From NCBI RefSeq assembly GCF_964204645.1, contig NC_134030.1, forward strand, positions 18,622,210-18,686,209: a stretch of 64,000 nucleotides of DNA, read 5' to 3'. A program made the position numbers and the translations under genes. The DNA is from Tubulanus polymorphus. Lineage: Eukaryota; Animalia; Nemertea. Below, piece by piece: positions 24,565-37,600 of the stretch. Each line of letters opens with the position of its first letter. The stretch's first letter is position 1. Under the pieces are notes generated by a model. That model had not been told where the DNA came from and made no database searches. It saw only the letters and a program-made list of their open reading frames with translations.

Positions 24565-27500
24565 ATGGCTGCTCTTAAGTCTAAGTTCTTGACTTCATCG
24601 TTATTTAAACGCATCCGATATCACGCGTTACCACCATTAGCGACAACTGTTTCAAAAAGAAATCATTCTGACGAGAAAAAGTAAGTCGAGTTTGGTTGTG
24701 TGTATGATTAACAAAGAAACACGAACCGGGTTCCAGTTCTACAGTCAAAGTTGTAATATGATCCCGAGAAAAAAGTGAACATTGAAAATGAATTAATTTT
24801 AACTCACAACTATGGAACTGGTTCCAGGTTATGTTTGATTTCGATTCCTGAAATTTTAGATATAAGGTCTCCTAGTTTCCTAGTTTTTCATCAATACTGA
24901 AAATCGGGTGCGTCACTTAAATTGTGTCCAATAAAAAGAAACAAATTTAAATGCGCACTATCCGCGTCGAGAAATTGCAGCTCCGTCTATTGTTGATAGA
25001 AATGAAAATCCGTCCGCCCGCATCACGCGCCAACGTTTCGCAGGCGTCGTTTTCAATGTTTGCTGGCGTACGTCGTTTCGTCTTATCTCTCTGACACAAT
25101 GAGTACTCTACGTTCGACTGTGGCAATCGAAGTTTCTACTTGTGGCAAGCGAGGATTCACCAGGTTCGCTAGACAACAACTCCCGGATTCTTCTCATATT
25201 CAATTAAAGTCTATCCATAATTTCTCGAATTCTGTGAAGGGTGATCAGTAAAAACCACCTTAAATATGAACCTTAAGATCATCTGAGTTTATCAAAATGA
25301 GTGATTTGCCTAATTTCTGATGAGAAAAAATCTAGATGAAAGTTGATTGAAAATGAACTAGATTTTGACGGGGTTGTCGCACCGTTACGCACGCCATCTA
25401 GCGGGATAGCTGGTGGCACGTAGTCCTCATTCATGGTCGTAGAGAATTTAGAAATGACGTGTCGTGTCAAACGATATTTTCTGAAACTGGTCGGTCTCAC
25501 TTTAAACGACGACAGTACTCTGTGAAGGAGGCATTTTTTCATCAAAAATTAGAGTAAAAATCACCCTCCCTCGTTTCGAAAGAAGTAGGAAATTGTTTTT
25601 ATTTCAGTTTTTTTTATTCAACGAACTAGATAAAATAAGTATTCGCCCGCCCCCACCATGTTTTGAAAATATCTGGGACGAGAAACCACGAATAACTAAT
25701 GAGTGCCCTAATGCATAATTACAGGTCCAATTCACTAATCGGACGCCATTTTCTGACGCTCAAAGATTTCGAAGCCGATGAAATAAAGCAACTACTGTGG
25801 ACCGCTATGGATTTGAAACAGCGGATTAAAGAGGACAATGAGGTAGATCGCTTTAGATGCTATCGTCTTTAAATCATCGCACTAACGAATTAGATTATCG
25901 GTTATCGCCATCTTGATGTTTCTAGACATATCGACCACTTACTGGAAAATCTATCGCTGCCTTGTTCCAGAAGAGAAGCACAAGAACGAGAACGTCCACT
26001 GATATAGGTCTGATACAAGGGCGCAGCAGAATCCTTTCAAATAATCCGCATATAATTCATTCTGAAATATCTCGCATAAGATCGCCGGTCTGGCCGAGCT
26101 TTCAATGCTGGCTTTATGGCAAAACATATTTTCTCCAACTCTCATTTCAGGAATGTCTCTTTTGGGTGGTTACAGCATATTTCTGAGTTCCAGCGAATGC
26201 CATCTAGGAACGAATGAATCTGTAAAAGATACGGCTAAGTAGGAAGCCCACAAAATTCACGAAAAGTAGTTCGATGACAATTATCACACTTAAACGTACA
26301 TTTTCTACGTGTTTTTCAGAGTTTTGTCGGGTTTTGTTGATTGTATACTTGCTCGTGTTTTTCGTCAAACAGACCTCGATGAACTTGCTAGCGAAGGATC
26401 GGTGCCGATCATCAGCGCTATGTCCGAACGCTATCACCCACTACAGATTTTAGCCGATTTCCAAACATTGCAGGTAAAATGGACACTGTTAAATCGTTTG
26501 AAAATGTTTGAACAAAACACAGGCTTTTTTTGAGATTTAGGATTTAACCGTTTTGGTTTTAGGAACACTTCGGAGGATTAAAAGGCCTTCGAGTGGCTTG
26601 GGTGGGTGATGGCTACAATAACATTTTGCATTCACTGCTAATGGGCTGTCCAAAACTTGGCATGGACATAAGTGTTGCCACTCCGAAGGTAAGTATCCGC
26701 GTAAAACAAAACATCTCATTTAGGCTCGAAAATGATACATTGTTTCCCCTAATCGGCCGGCTCATTTCGTAGCAAACTGCGATAAAATTCGGAACAGTAT
26801 GAATTCATATTTTTAAGTGTCAGGTATGTTATGACTAGCCGGTTTTGAACGCAGAAATGTACCGACCGGCTGGGTCAATCTTTAAGCTTAGCAGAAATAA
26901 GTAACAAGGTACCAATTTTAAGCGTAATTAAAGTATCGCATACGAAGATATAGAGATAAAATTGAAAAATTCGATATACATTCTAGGGGTTTAACGCCGA
27001 ATCTGCTGTTGTCGCCGATGCCACACTGTTAAGTGAACGGGTAAAGACCTCTTATTCTGAGCATAATAGCAATTATTCAGTCGCGATGCGTGCTTGCTAT
27101 AAATGTCGTTGATAAATTTCAGCACAATACGGGTATATATTTCACGAGCGATCCACGCGAAGCGGTTTACGGAGCCAACGTTATCATCACCGAATCGTGG
27201 GTCGCCCTGGGACAAGAAAGCGAAATCAAAAACCGACTCAAACCGTTTCACGGATATCAAGTCGACGAAAATGTACGTATGATTTATCATTAGCACTCGC
27301 ACGCATACGTAAGTAAATACGCAAAATGTAATTTCGGTGATTATATGAACAATCTTTTTACAAAGTCGAACTCATCGTACTAGGTTAAAAGTAAATTTGA
27401 TGCAATGTGATTGCATTTTTTGGTAACATTTACGTGGTGTATTCTATAAGTGTAAAAGATTAACGGAACTTTCGTAAAAAGATCCAAGTCATCGGTAATC

Positions 27501-27902
27501 AGTCAGTTGTTCCTGTGTTTAAAGTTGATGAGAATCGCGTTGCCGGATGCTGTATTCCTGCACTGTTTACCGAGAAAACCACTAGAAGTTACGGATGATA
27601 TATTCTACAGCGAAAAGAGTTTAGTCTTCCAGGAAGCAGAAAATCGACTATGGACAGTGATGGTAATCAATCAATTTGATATAGGAATCTATACAAGATT
27701 AGAAGCAGTTTTAAGTACATGCATAGATTGAAAAGTAACGATGATTTCGTTTAGGCGTTTGAAAAGTACAAATGCTCTAATTTATCATCATAATATGCAG
27801 TTTGTTCGCATTGTTCACGTCATGATTTCCTCCTAATTTCAGGCCGTCATGCTGCACCAACAAATGGATCACCAGTGCAAGTTAAAAAGACCGCTGTTCT
27901 AG
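24565..27902 (+). CDS. OTC: Ornithine carbamoyltransferase-family enzyme, mitochondrial, 10 exons, 361 aa
   Basis: Exons 24565-24680, 25725-25842, 25926-26007, 26151-26238, 26320-26473, 26563-26688, 26987-27040, 27123-27272, 27525-27662, 27843-27902. All GT-AG and in frame (1086 nt). Basic/hydroxylated N-terminal transit peptide. Motifs [39 protein letters not shown]. Confidence 0.95.
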
Positions 27903-30429
27903 AACGTGCTAACGAGACATTCGTTAATATGGATTCTTTGATGAATTCGATGTATTTGGATAAAATCAATAGTTTTAGTCTTACTTCGTATTCTAATGCA
28001 GGGACGTTTTCTTATGATGTCATGAATTCAAGTTCAAGTTTCATATCTATTCATTGGTTTGATTATAACCAACATGCGAAGATATTTTTGAAATGGTGTA
28101 TCGTACAAGGGCAGCTTCCCTCAAAAAATTAACTTGGAAAAAGTAAATTTCTCAGACTTAGTACGTATAGGCCTACCCAGAAGTTTCTTAAATCTAAGGA
28201 CGTCTCCATTAGAAGCGGGGAATCCACTTATTTCTTGAATTATCAAAATGGCGGCTATACGAGAGAAATAACACCCTCGAAATTATGGAATTCATCGCCT
28301 AGTTCATCGCAGTATTCACATTTCGTTTCCCCCGCGGAGGGTTTCGTTTCCTCACGCGGGTCACCGGTATCCTGGAACTCTCCATTTTGAATGTATAGAT
28401 AGCGTTCATTTTTTTTTGTTCAATTAAAAAGTTTAAATAGGCTTCGCTTAAAATGCTATAATTAAGCGCGTGGATGGGTATCTAATTGATTCAAAGTCGA
28501 CTACTTGGTCTGGGTTGGTCTGGCAATTCTCAATTTTAGTGACATTTTGAAATACTCGGCTGAATCATTCGAACTGGTTCAAGAAACGATGGCTGAAACT
28601 AGACGTATCGGCCCCACCCCGCGCGGTTGCGCCACCGTGCGGGATTTACGCGAAGCAACAAACACAAACATGGCCACTCTCTCAATTTTCAATGATAGAA
28701 ATCGTGTGTGGATTTCAATTATTTCGGCTGTTAGGGTTTTAAGGAACAATATAAGTTGATGATGTGATATGGCGATGTTAATTAATGATAATTCCGCAGT
28801 GAAGCTAGTCACGAACGGTGCCGATTGAGTGTACAGCTGCCAAAAACACTGAAATGTGCGTAGTTGCGTAACTATTTGCAGTGAATTGCAGACGAAACAT
28901 GAAGCCTTAACGGCCGTTTAGAAAATTTTTATACCAATCGCAATTGTAAAATAAAAATGAGATAGAACCTAAGTTAAAATTCTGGCCATTTCTAAAATGT
29001 TATTTCTAATTTTTAGTCAGTGCCGAACGTTTAGTTTTCCAACAACAATGAGGGGTGGTAGGTAGTCATGCAATTCAAGTCATCATTTATTACACGTTAC
29101 TTCCGTGTTGTTGAAAATCTCGCGAGTCCTGGACCGAACCCCATTGAACAATGTGATCTGTGTGCTGGCCACAAATGCACACAGATCACACTACACTACC
29201 CATTACACACTCCAGTACCCACAGCTTTCATATATCCATCCAAATATTTAGTGTCTTTCTTCCTGGATTGGTGTAGTTTATTTCGTATACGTGGTCAGTG
29301 AATTTATTAGGTTCATATAATCGTGTAGTCGACGCAATGAATAGAAGTACGTATCTGAGAACCGCGTATGAATGTACGCACAATGCATTTGATGACGTAA
29401 TGCAAATCTGAGCGCGGTTTCTTTAGCTGATTACGATAGAAGAGAATACGACAATTTGTGAAATAAGGTTTACCTAGAAGTATTTCTGAAAACACTTGGA
29501 CCATTGCGGAGCCAGGCGCCGTTAAGTAGCTGATAATGATTCAAGTAGATAGTGACGATAAAATGTTCCACATTTCCGCAGAAAACAAGTAGTGGGCCCA
29601 AAGCAAAAATAACTTATAACTTATAAGTTATTAAAATAACTAAAGATTTGTTTTTTTTCAATCAGCTTTGAACAGAAGTTTTAGACTCCTGAATCTATAT
29701 GTATAACCACAGCACCCACCAGATATACAATAGTCTTGTATTCTCCTACTCGGATATCGGCGTAGTTTCCATAGACGATTGATTATTCAGATTTAATTGA
29801 AATGTAGGAGAAATCGAACGCGGACGACCAACTATCTACTAGGGACTCCTGGCGGATCCTTGCCTGCCGTCCGTGGAATCCTCGATTTTCACAGTAGGGT
29901 GCGGGTAGCAAATGTTAATGAATTCGACTTTGACAATTTCTCAGCTTGTTATATACTAGGGGAACGTTGATATTTTATAATGGCTCGATAAATTTTAAAT
30001 CCTGATTCACGTGGAGGAGCGCCTATTGATGTACAATGTAAACTTTTGATTAACTCTGACCTTCTTAATTAGCTCATCTTAAGTGACCGAAACGTTGCTG
30101 AGATTCCTTTCTGCTTCTGGTCCTTTAAAATGACCAAAATCGAACTTTGTAATAGTCGACGAATTAGGGACTGTTTGCCGTTCATGTTCGGGTCCTAGAA
30201 CCTTTCATATAAACCGATCTGTGACGGGCGCGTCATGTGCTGTTACAATGTGATGACACCCGGCAACCAACGTTCTCGTCGTAAGCTGTTTCCAGCGTTT
30301 TCGCTTTGTTCGTGGATATTCAAGGACTGAGCATGTCGATGTATACAAAGAAAAGTAACGCTCGAAGGTAGAACTGAAAGGTCGAAGCGAGAGAGTTTTA
30401 TCGCAAATGTATTATTACAACTATGCAGA

Positions 30430-31012
30430 TTAAGGATTACCAGATATCGGATTGTCCTTTATTACAACCGCCCGGCCATAGTTCGCCTCATCTACCACCA
30501 TTTCATCTGGTCTTTGTATTTTTTCTTTGCCAGTGGCTTTGCGTTTGCTTTGGTCGTTACCTTGGCCTTGCCTTTGCCCGAGGCAGAAAAACCTGATCTG
30601 GGTTAGGTCTACGCCCAGCATGTGCGCTAAGGCCATCTATCGTGGTATAAGTTTTTCCCTCCACAGTGTTTCCACTCAGCGGAGTAGTAAGTGATCGCGC
30701 AGTGTTGCTTGTCCATTGATCAGACAGCTGTTCCGGAGTGGTTCCACTCTGCGGAGTAGAGAATGGTCCTGGAGTGTTGCTTGTCCATTGATCTGATATA
30801 TGATCGTCCTTTACTATATCTGCTGGGTCATTGTTCGTCGCTTTTACTTTCACTGTAGCTGGTCTTAACCTTCGAAAGTGGATCTGGTTCAGGTTTTCGC
30901 CAAGTCTGTGCACAGGGTCATCTACCATAATATTAGCAGCTCCCCAACTATGACTAAATTGAGCATGCGCAATTACCATCAGAATGGTCGCTAGCGCAAA
31001 AACCTTTAGCAT
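30430..31012 (-). CDS. Orphan secreted-protein gene, copy 1 (151-aa ORF 31012-30557; C-terminus frameshifted relative to copy 2, possibly a pseudogene)
   Basis: Signal-peptide-like MLKVFALATILMVIAHA, an acceptor (ttcgttcag) just upstream of the ATG, and an internal SDQWTSNT repeat. A 14-bp deletion relative to copy 2 shifts the frame near 30581. Confidence 0.55.
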
Positions 31013-31980
31013 CGCGAATTTCTCTGAACGAAAAATTAACTGAAATTGGGAAATTTCGAATAGATTGAAAAGCGAAAAATTTTTTAAATATAGGTTTTTA
31101 AACATAGATTTAAACATAAACATATCTTAATATGATTTAAGGCGTTTAGCCGTACCACTTAGCAAATCAATAGGAACTCATAATGACTTAATGCCTTATT
31201 CACTTATCATAAGTTCGAAATTTGCTTATACGTTAAACGTTTCTACATTTACGTAATGAATGAATATGACTGAAGAGCTTGATGATAAAAGTTCTTTTTC
31301 AGATTATTCGTATTCTATCCCGAATATTTTGATTTTCGAGCTTCAAAATCCATTGAATTTGCATAATTCAGTTGCAAATAAACCCCCCATTGTGCGTGGT
31401 GGGTTGTCAGCAGCATTGGGAAAACGTGAAACTATTCATATCTGTGCTTATAGTCTAAGCTTTCAAATCAGTTTTAACCACAAACCTATGTATTTTTCGT
31501 GGCGTTTTATTGAAATTCGTTTTAACTTTTTTTTCACGAAAATTAATCGCCACTGGGCGACTTAAAGACCTTATGCAGAATTAGAACGAATGAATTATTT
31601 AGAATATTTATTCCTAAAGATAGAAAGGGTTTTCCTTAATTTGCAAAAATTAGTTGTCATTTTTTTTTCATCCGACCTCCCAAATTAGCGTGAGGACCAT
31701 AGCAACGCACTTAACACGGAATTTTGTAATTCGTAAATCGCGCGCGGTGACGTCAGTCCGGGAATACAGTACAAGCTGGAAGTTATCTGATACGCGCTAC
31801 ACGGGGCGCCGCTTATAATTTTCTCGTCAAAAACCACCAAAATCAGGATGTCAAGGCATTACCCGTAAAACTAACTTCTCATTGAAAATTGACGAATTCA
31901 ATTATTCAATCGAATTCAATTGATAAGTTTGTTTGCTTCTTTTTTGCCAAGTAACTTCTCGAATTGTAACAGGAAATATC

Positions 31981-34197
31981 AGTAATTGGAAGATGGCGTT
32001 TTCATACCAGAGGACGAGAGGACGACACGTCACTCATCACCACAAGCAATTTTTTTCCCTAATGAATGGGAGACAGTGAGTTCCGAACAGAAAAAAGTGA
32101 TGTTAATGAAAATCAATATTATTGTCCTTATTGTAAAAATCTAATAAATCTCGGCATGAAAAAACTGTAAATCATAAAAAAATGTTATAGATTTTGAGAG
32201 ACCAGTAAATTCCAATGAAAGAAAAGAACAATTAGAAAATATGAAAAAAGATGAAATTAAATGTAATGTTTGTAATGAATTTATAGCAAAAAGGAATTAT
32301 AAAAGACATCTCGAATCACAAAAACACCAACAAAATATAAATATAAATATTTTAGGAACAGAATATTTTGATGATAAACCTCAACAAGTAAAAAAACCAG
32401 TTTCAAACACTAAATCTATTTCAAATAAACCTTATATGGAAAACGTTAGAAATTATATCGATTCGCTAGAAATTAAAGATACAATTGAAATTTTAGAAAC
32501 ATTACGTAGTAAAATTGGTCCTGCAGCTATTATATTTAGATTTTTTAAAGGTGCAACAATAGAAGATTATAATAAATATATTAAGATAATGGAAAAAATA
32601 ATGGACTTTGTTACAGATGTTGAATATCCAAAAATTAGTATTTCTGGAAAAGTTAGTTTTATAAAATCAGAAGCAAAAATGGAGTATAATATTCAAACAC
32701 ATTCTGAAGAAATCATTTCAAAAACACAAATAAAAGAGAAATTAGAAAAAATATTTAATGAATTTAAAAGTCATATAGAAGAAAGATATTTTGAGGGTTC
32801 TGGTTTAACATTGAATGAAATTATATTTTTAGATTTAAATATTTATAGTACAAAAAGGAATAAAGCGTCAAAGAGTAATACAATGTTTAAAAATGATTCA
32901 AACTTTACAACAGAAAAGGATATTAAAGCATCATCTTATATTAAATTACCATTCACAACAAAAGCAGTATTAAATGTTCAAAATGAAGATAATAAATGTT
33001 TTCTATGGTCACGTATTAGTTGTTTACACCCAACTCAGGAAAATGTTTGTAGAATAACAGATTATCGGAAATATGAAACATTTTATGAAATTGATCAATA
33101 TCCAGTAACTATAAGACGGATTCCTAAAATAGAAAAAGTTAATAATTTAAAAATGAATGTATTAGAATTAATGCATTTACCAGAGACAAAAGGTGAAAAT
33201 GTTAAAGATTATACATTAGAAGCTTTATATTAAACAGAATATTATGATGAAAATGTTATAGATTTATTATACTATAAAAAAGATGAAAATGAACATTATA
33301 TGTGGTTAAAACAAATAGATTTATTCTTTAAAACAGAAAGTGATCACCATCGTAAAATTTATCTATGTGGAAAATGTTTATCTAAATTTATGACAGAAAA
33401 TGCGTTACTAAAACATAAAGAATCATGTGATAACAAAGATTTTTGCAAATTAATAATGCCAACAGAAAAATATTATAAATTGAAATTTACTAATTATAAA
33501 TTTAAAAATATAGTGCCATTTGTAATTTATGGGGATTTTGAATCGTTAAATAAAGAATTAACTGATCAACTGATCTTTATTTAACGATTCAAAATCTAAA
33601 GAATAAATCTATTTGTTTTAACCACATATAATGTTGATTTTCATCGTTTTTATAGTATAATAAATCTATAACATTTTCATCATCATAATATTCTGTTAAT
33701 TATAAAGCTTCTAATGTATAATCTTTAACATTTTCACCTTTTGTCTCTGGTAATTGCATTAATTCGAATACATTTATTTTTGTTGAGGTATATCATCAAA
33801 ATATTCTGTTCCTAAAATATTTTTATTTAAATTTTGTTGGTGTTTTTGTGATTCGAGATGTCTTTTATAATTCCTTTTTGCTATAAATTCATTACAAAAT
33901 TACATTTAATTTCATCTTTTTTTTATATTTTCTAATTGTTCTTTTCTTTCATTGGAATTTTCTAGTGTCTCGAATCTATAACTTTTTTTAATGATTTACA
34001 GTTTTTCCATGCCGAGATTTATTAGATTTATCAATGTATTTTTTACAATATGGACAATAATATTGATTTTCATTAACATCACTTTTTTCTGTTTGGAACT
34101 CACTGTCTGCCATTTATTAGGGAAAAAATTACTTGTGGTGATGAGTGACGTGTCGTCCTCTCGTCCTCTGGTATGAAAACGCCATATTCCAATTACT
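31981..34197. mobile_element. Non-autonomous fold-back Polinton/Maverick derivative, copy 1 (2.2 kb)
   Basis: Termini AGTAATTGG...CCAATTACT. 6-bp TSD AATATC at 31975-31980 and 34198-34203. Inverted arms 31981-32387 / 33779-34197. Carries a protein-primed PolB fragment. Confidence 0.9.
32241..33584 (+). pseudogene. Polinton-type protein-primed DNA polymerase B, N-terminal part (in-frame stop at 33231, truncated)
   Basis: C2H2 finger CNVC..KRHLESQKH. Motifs EGSGLTL, SSYIKLP..AVLNVQNEDNKCFLWS..LHP, HYMW, LCGKC..H..SC and ExoI PFVIYGDFES. Confidence 0.85.
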
Positions 34198-34679
34198 AAT
34201 ATCAAAATGTTAAAAAGAAAAAATTCCACCATTAGTCATCCGGACGAAACAATGATCTAAAATGGGTGAGAATAGTTAAGATAGGCCTAAGCGAAAACTT
34301 AAGAATCGGAGCCGGTTTTCACGAACGCGTGAACTGCAGTGTATGAATCAGTGAATATCTTTGACCTTGGTGGATTTATCAAACATGCAGAAAACTTCAG
34401 TCGTGCACAGTGTGTATGTACAGGTATAACAAGCACTTTTTCTACAGTAACTGCCTCGAGGCATTAAATATATGCGGATTGCTGAGTCGACTGCAGGCAA
34501 GTTTTATTCATCCCTCGATCTCTCGGTTCAGAGCTTAGTGGTAGGGTGGCTCTTGAGGAATGTCTGACTCGACAACACAAATTTTCTGATTGGATGAGGT
34601 CGCACCCTGATCGGGCCAATAAACGATTCTGCGAAACTAAAGGAGTTCCGTTCATTGTATCGTGTTGACGCTGTTCGGT

Positions 34680-37600
34680 ATGGATCGACTGAGAGCGCTG
34701 TTTCTAGCGTCGCTGATCGTCTGGCGAGTTAACATCGCACACGCTGATCTGTCTGACTCTGTGACGATCAGTTCGTCTTGTAACAACACTTGGTACCCCG
34801 TCGATTCTACGTCCGGTTACATCGTTTCACCGAATTACCCGTCGTTTACGCGCGGTGTTGAATGTCGTTGGTTCGTGAACAGTTCTTTACCGGGAACTTT
34901 CAACATCAAACTATACTACGACATCGAGCCGTCGATATTCTGTAGTGATAACTACCTTCTCGTTGATGGTTCGAATAACAGATTCTGCGGCGAAGGAGAA
35001 TATGGCATCCGCCGTAACGGTTTGATCTCGCCGGTGTTGTTTAGGAGTAACGTCGATGGTGCGCGAGGCAGTCGGGTTTATATAACATATCGTTATGAAC
35101 GAAATCGATTGAAAGTCAGCTGTGGTGTGACATTTACTACTCCCAGATTCAAGGAAATTATTACATCGGAGGGATACAAATATTCTATAAGCCATCTAGA
35201 GAATTGTCGTTTGTTCCTGGAATGGATGGGGATGCCATATGGTTTTGCGATGAACCTGACTTTGGTCAAGGTTAGCGTTAGAATGCATTTATCTGCTGAT
35301 CCCGCGAGGACTGGTAAAATCTACGACGGATGGAACAGCAGCAGTGAACCTATAGCTCTCATACCAGTACAAACCGGTCATCCAGCTTCATCATTCTATA
35401 CTAAGACAAGTAAAACTATTATCTCTCTGCTTGAATATAAACTGAATTTCGATTTTCAACTTTTGGTTCAGATGTATCAAATATCAGATTGGAACGTCAC
35501 TAATCCGTTAATCCAAATCTCTAATGACGAGTCTGGAGTGCTCATTCCTGATGACAACAGTTTACACGTAATAACCCGATCAAAACACTTACACTGCTGG
35601 TCTATCACAGTGCAGGTGTTACAGTACGTCGTCTTCAACTGGACACGTGATCTCAGCACATCCGGTGACGTCATTGGTGTATATAAACTAGAAGGGTTAC
35701 GCGTTGTAGGAACTGATATTTTACTCGGTTACAACTACCTGGAATCACTTAGTGTTAAATCTGACGGCTTTCTCGTCATACTGTGCGTTTTGATGAGCGC
35801 TGATGTGATGATGTCGAAACTAGAAATATCCTACAAAATCAATTTACTAACAATGGGTAATTTAGACGTTGGGAAATCAGTGGTAAGTACTTCATCGTGG
35901 TATCTGTACGAAAAATCAAAATGATGATGAAACGTAAGATTATTTCACGTCGATATGTATCCTGTGCACGTTTAGTTTTAATGAAATGCACCCATCCAAA
36001 TTGTCGTTCATATGAATCTACTTTTTGAAAGGTACAAACAAGCATATAACATCATAAGTAGCGATGATACATTCATATGATTTTGTATGTTGTCACAGGT
36101 ACGCGACCCGGAGGAATGTTTACAATCATACAGGATATTTCCGCTTGTAAAAAGAAAAACGTTGACGTATCGAGTGATCGAACATAAGTTGAAATGGCGA
36201 GTGGAAATATCGGAAAAACGATTTCAACTGGCTGTCTTATCGAGAAACTGCAAGCGAGCTGGATTTTATGTATATGATGGTGGCAATTTTACAGCTAGAC
36301 GCTATGGTCCGTATTGTCCTGGTGGTACCTATGGTCGGCCCGTCGTCAAGTTGATTACATCAGGAGGATCGGTTACTTTAGTAGGATACGCCTTCGACTG
36401 GGATAATCAGCTAACAGTCAAGACTAACAAACTTTCATGTATCGCGCTTCACGCTACTGATTGTGACGGGTATGTGTTAAAGCAGGGAGAAAATCGCCTT
36501 AAAACGACGTCAGACTGTATCGTGATTCTACCCGAAAACCGACGTCTTCTTTTAAGAAACATTTACATATTATCAGACCGCGAATATCAAATTGATCGAT
36601 GTGCTCCGGAATATTTTATATTCGCCGCGTGCCGGCCCTATATGAATGTCAGCAATAGTTTTATTACGGGAAATACCTCAACAAGAACTGTGTTAAACAA
36701 GGTATCATTTATTAGTCCTTATCCTTTTTTGAGACCTGAGCGATTTATCAAACTGAGACGAAAGTGCTATAGAACAAAAAGGGCCGGTCATAGCAGTTTA
36801 GTCCCTAAGGATGTGTGTGGACTTGTGCAATCGCCGAACTATCCGGGACCTGCCGGAATTACTGTTCAAAGAATATTCTATGCAGTCATTTATAGATATC
36901 ATTACGGAAAATTTCGTTATTACAAATTCGTAATCAAATACATTGAAATGATTGAATGCGTTAAACAATCCAGATACTCTAAAGAAGCAGTGTTGTTCGT
37001 ACAATACATAAGTGGAAAATTTACTAAAACCGAACACAAACAAACAATCTGTGGACGACACGCAGGGCATATACTTTACAGTCTGATGGCGTCCACACAT
37101 GAGTTTCAAGTGACCAACAGAATCCCAACATTTCGGATACAATACATTCTACAAGAATCATTCCCAATAAAAGACCACGAGAATAAGTGTGAGGCGGGAT
37201 TTCTATATTCGGGAATTTCATGCGTGAAATACATCACGGATGAACGATTGAATTGGGAGAATGCTGAATTGTACTGTAGACAGAAGTATGCGGGACATCT
37301 ACTAAGTATCAACTCAGAACAGGAGATGAATTCAATTAAACAGTTATTTGCTACAAAGCTTCTTTTAACTGCATATTCGAAGAGAGCACTCATTGTCTTG
37401 ATTGGATTGAAAAAACAGGTAAATCTAATTTAAGTTGCATAAAGGTATTGATAACATTATCGGGAGTTGGGATCTCAGAAGAAGAAATTTACAGGGGGAA
37501 TTAACGGCCTCAAGTCTTAACGGTCAAGTTTAATTTCGGCACTAACTGTTATTAGCCAATGATTTAGTTCGTACCAGACATTACGCATATTACTATACAA

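Noticed and set aside
31260-31565. 101-aa ORF conserved with 55022..55495
   Set aside because: Similarity is explained by the segmental duplication. No domain, and the frames diverge at the 3' end.
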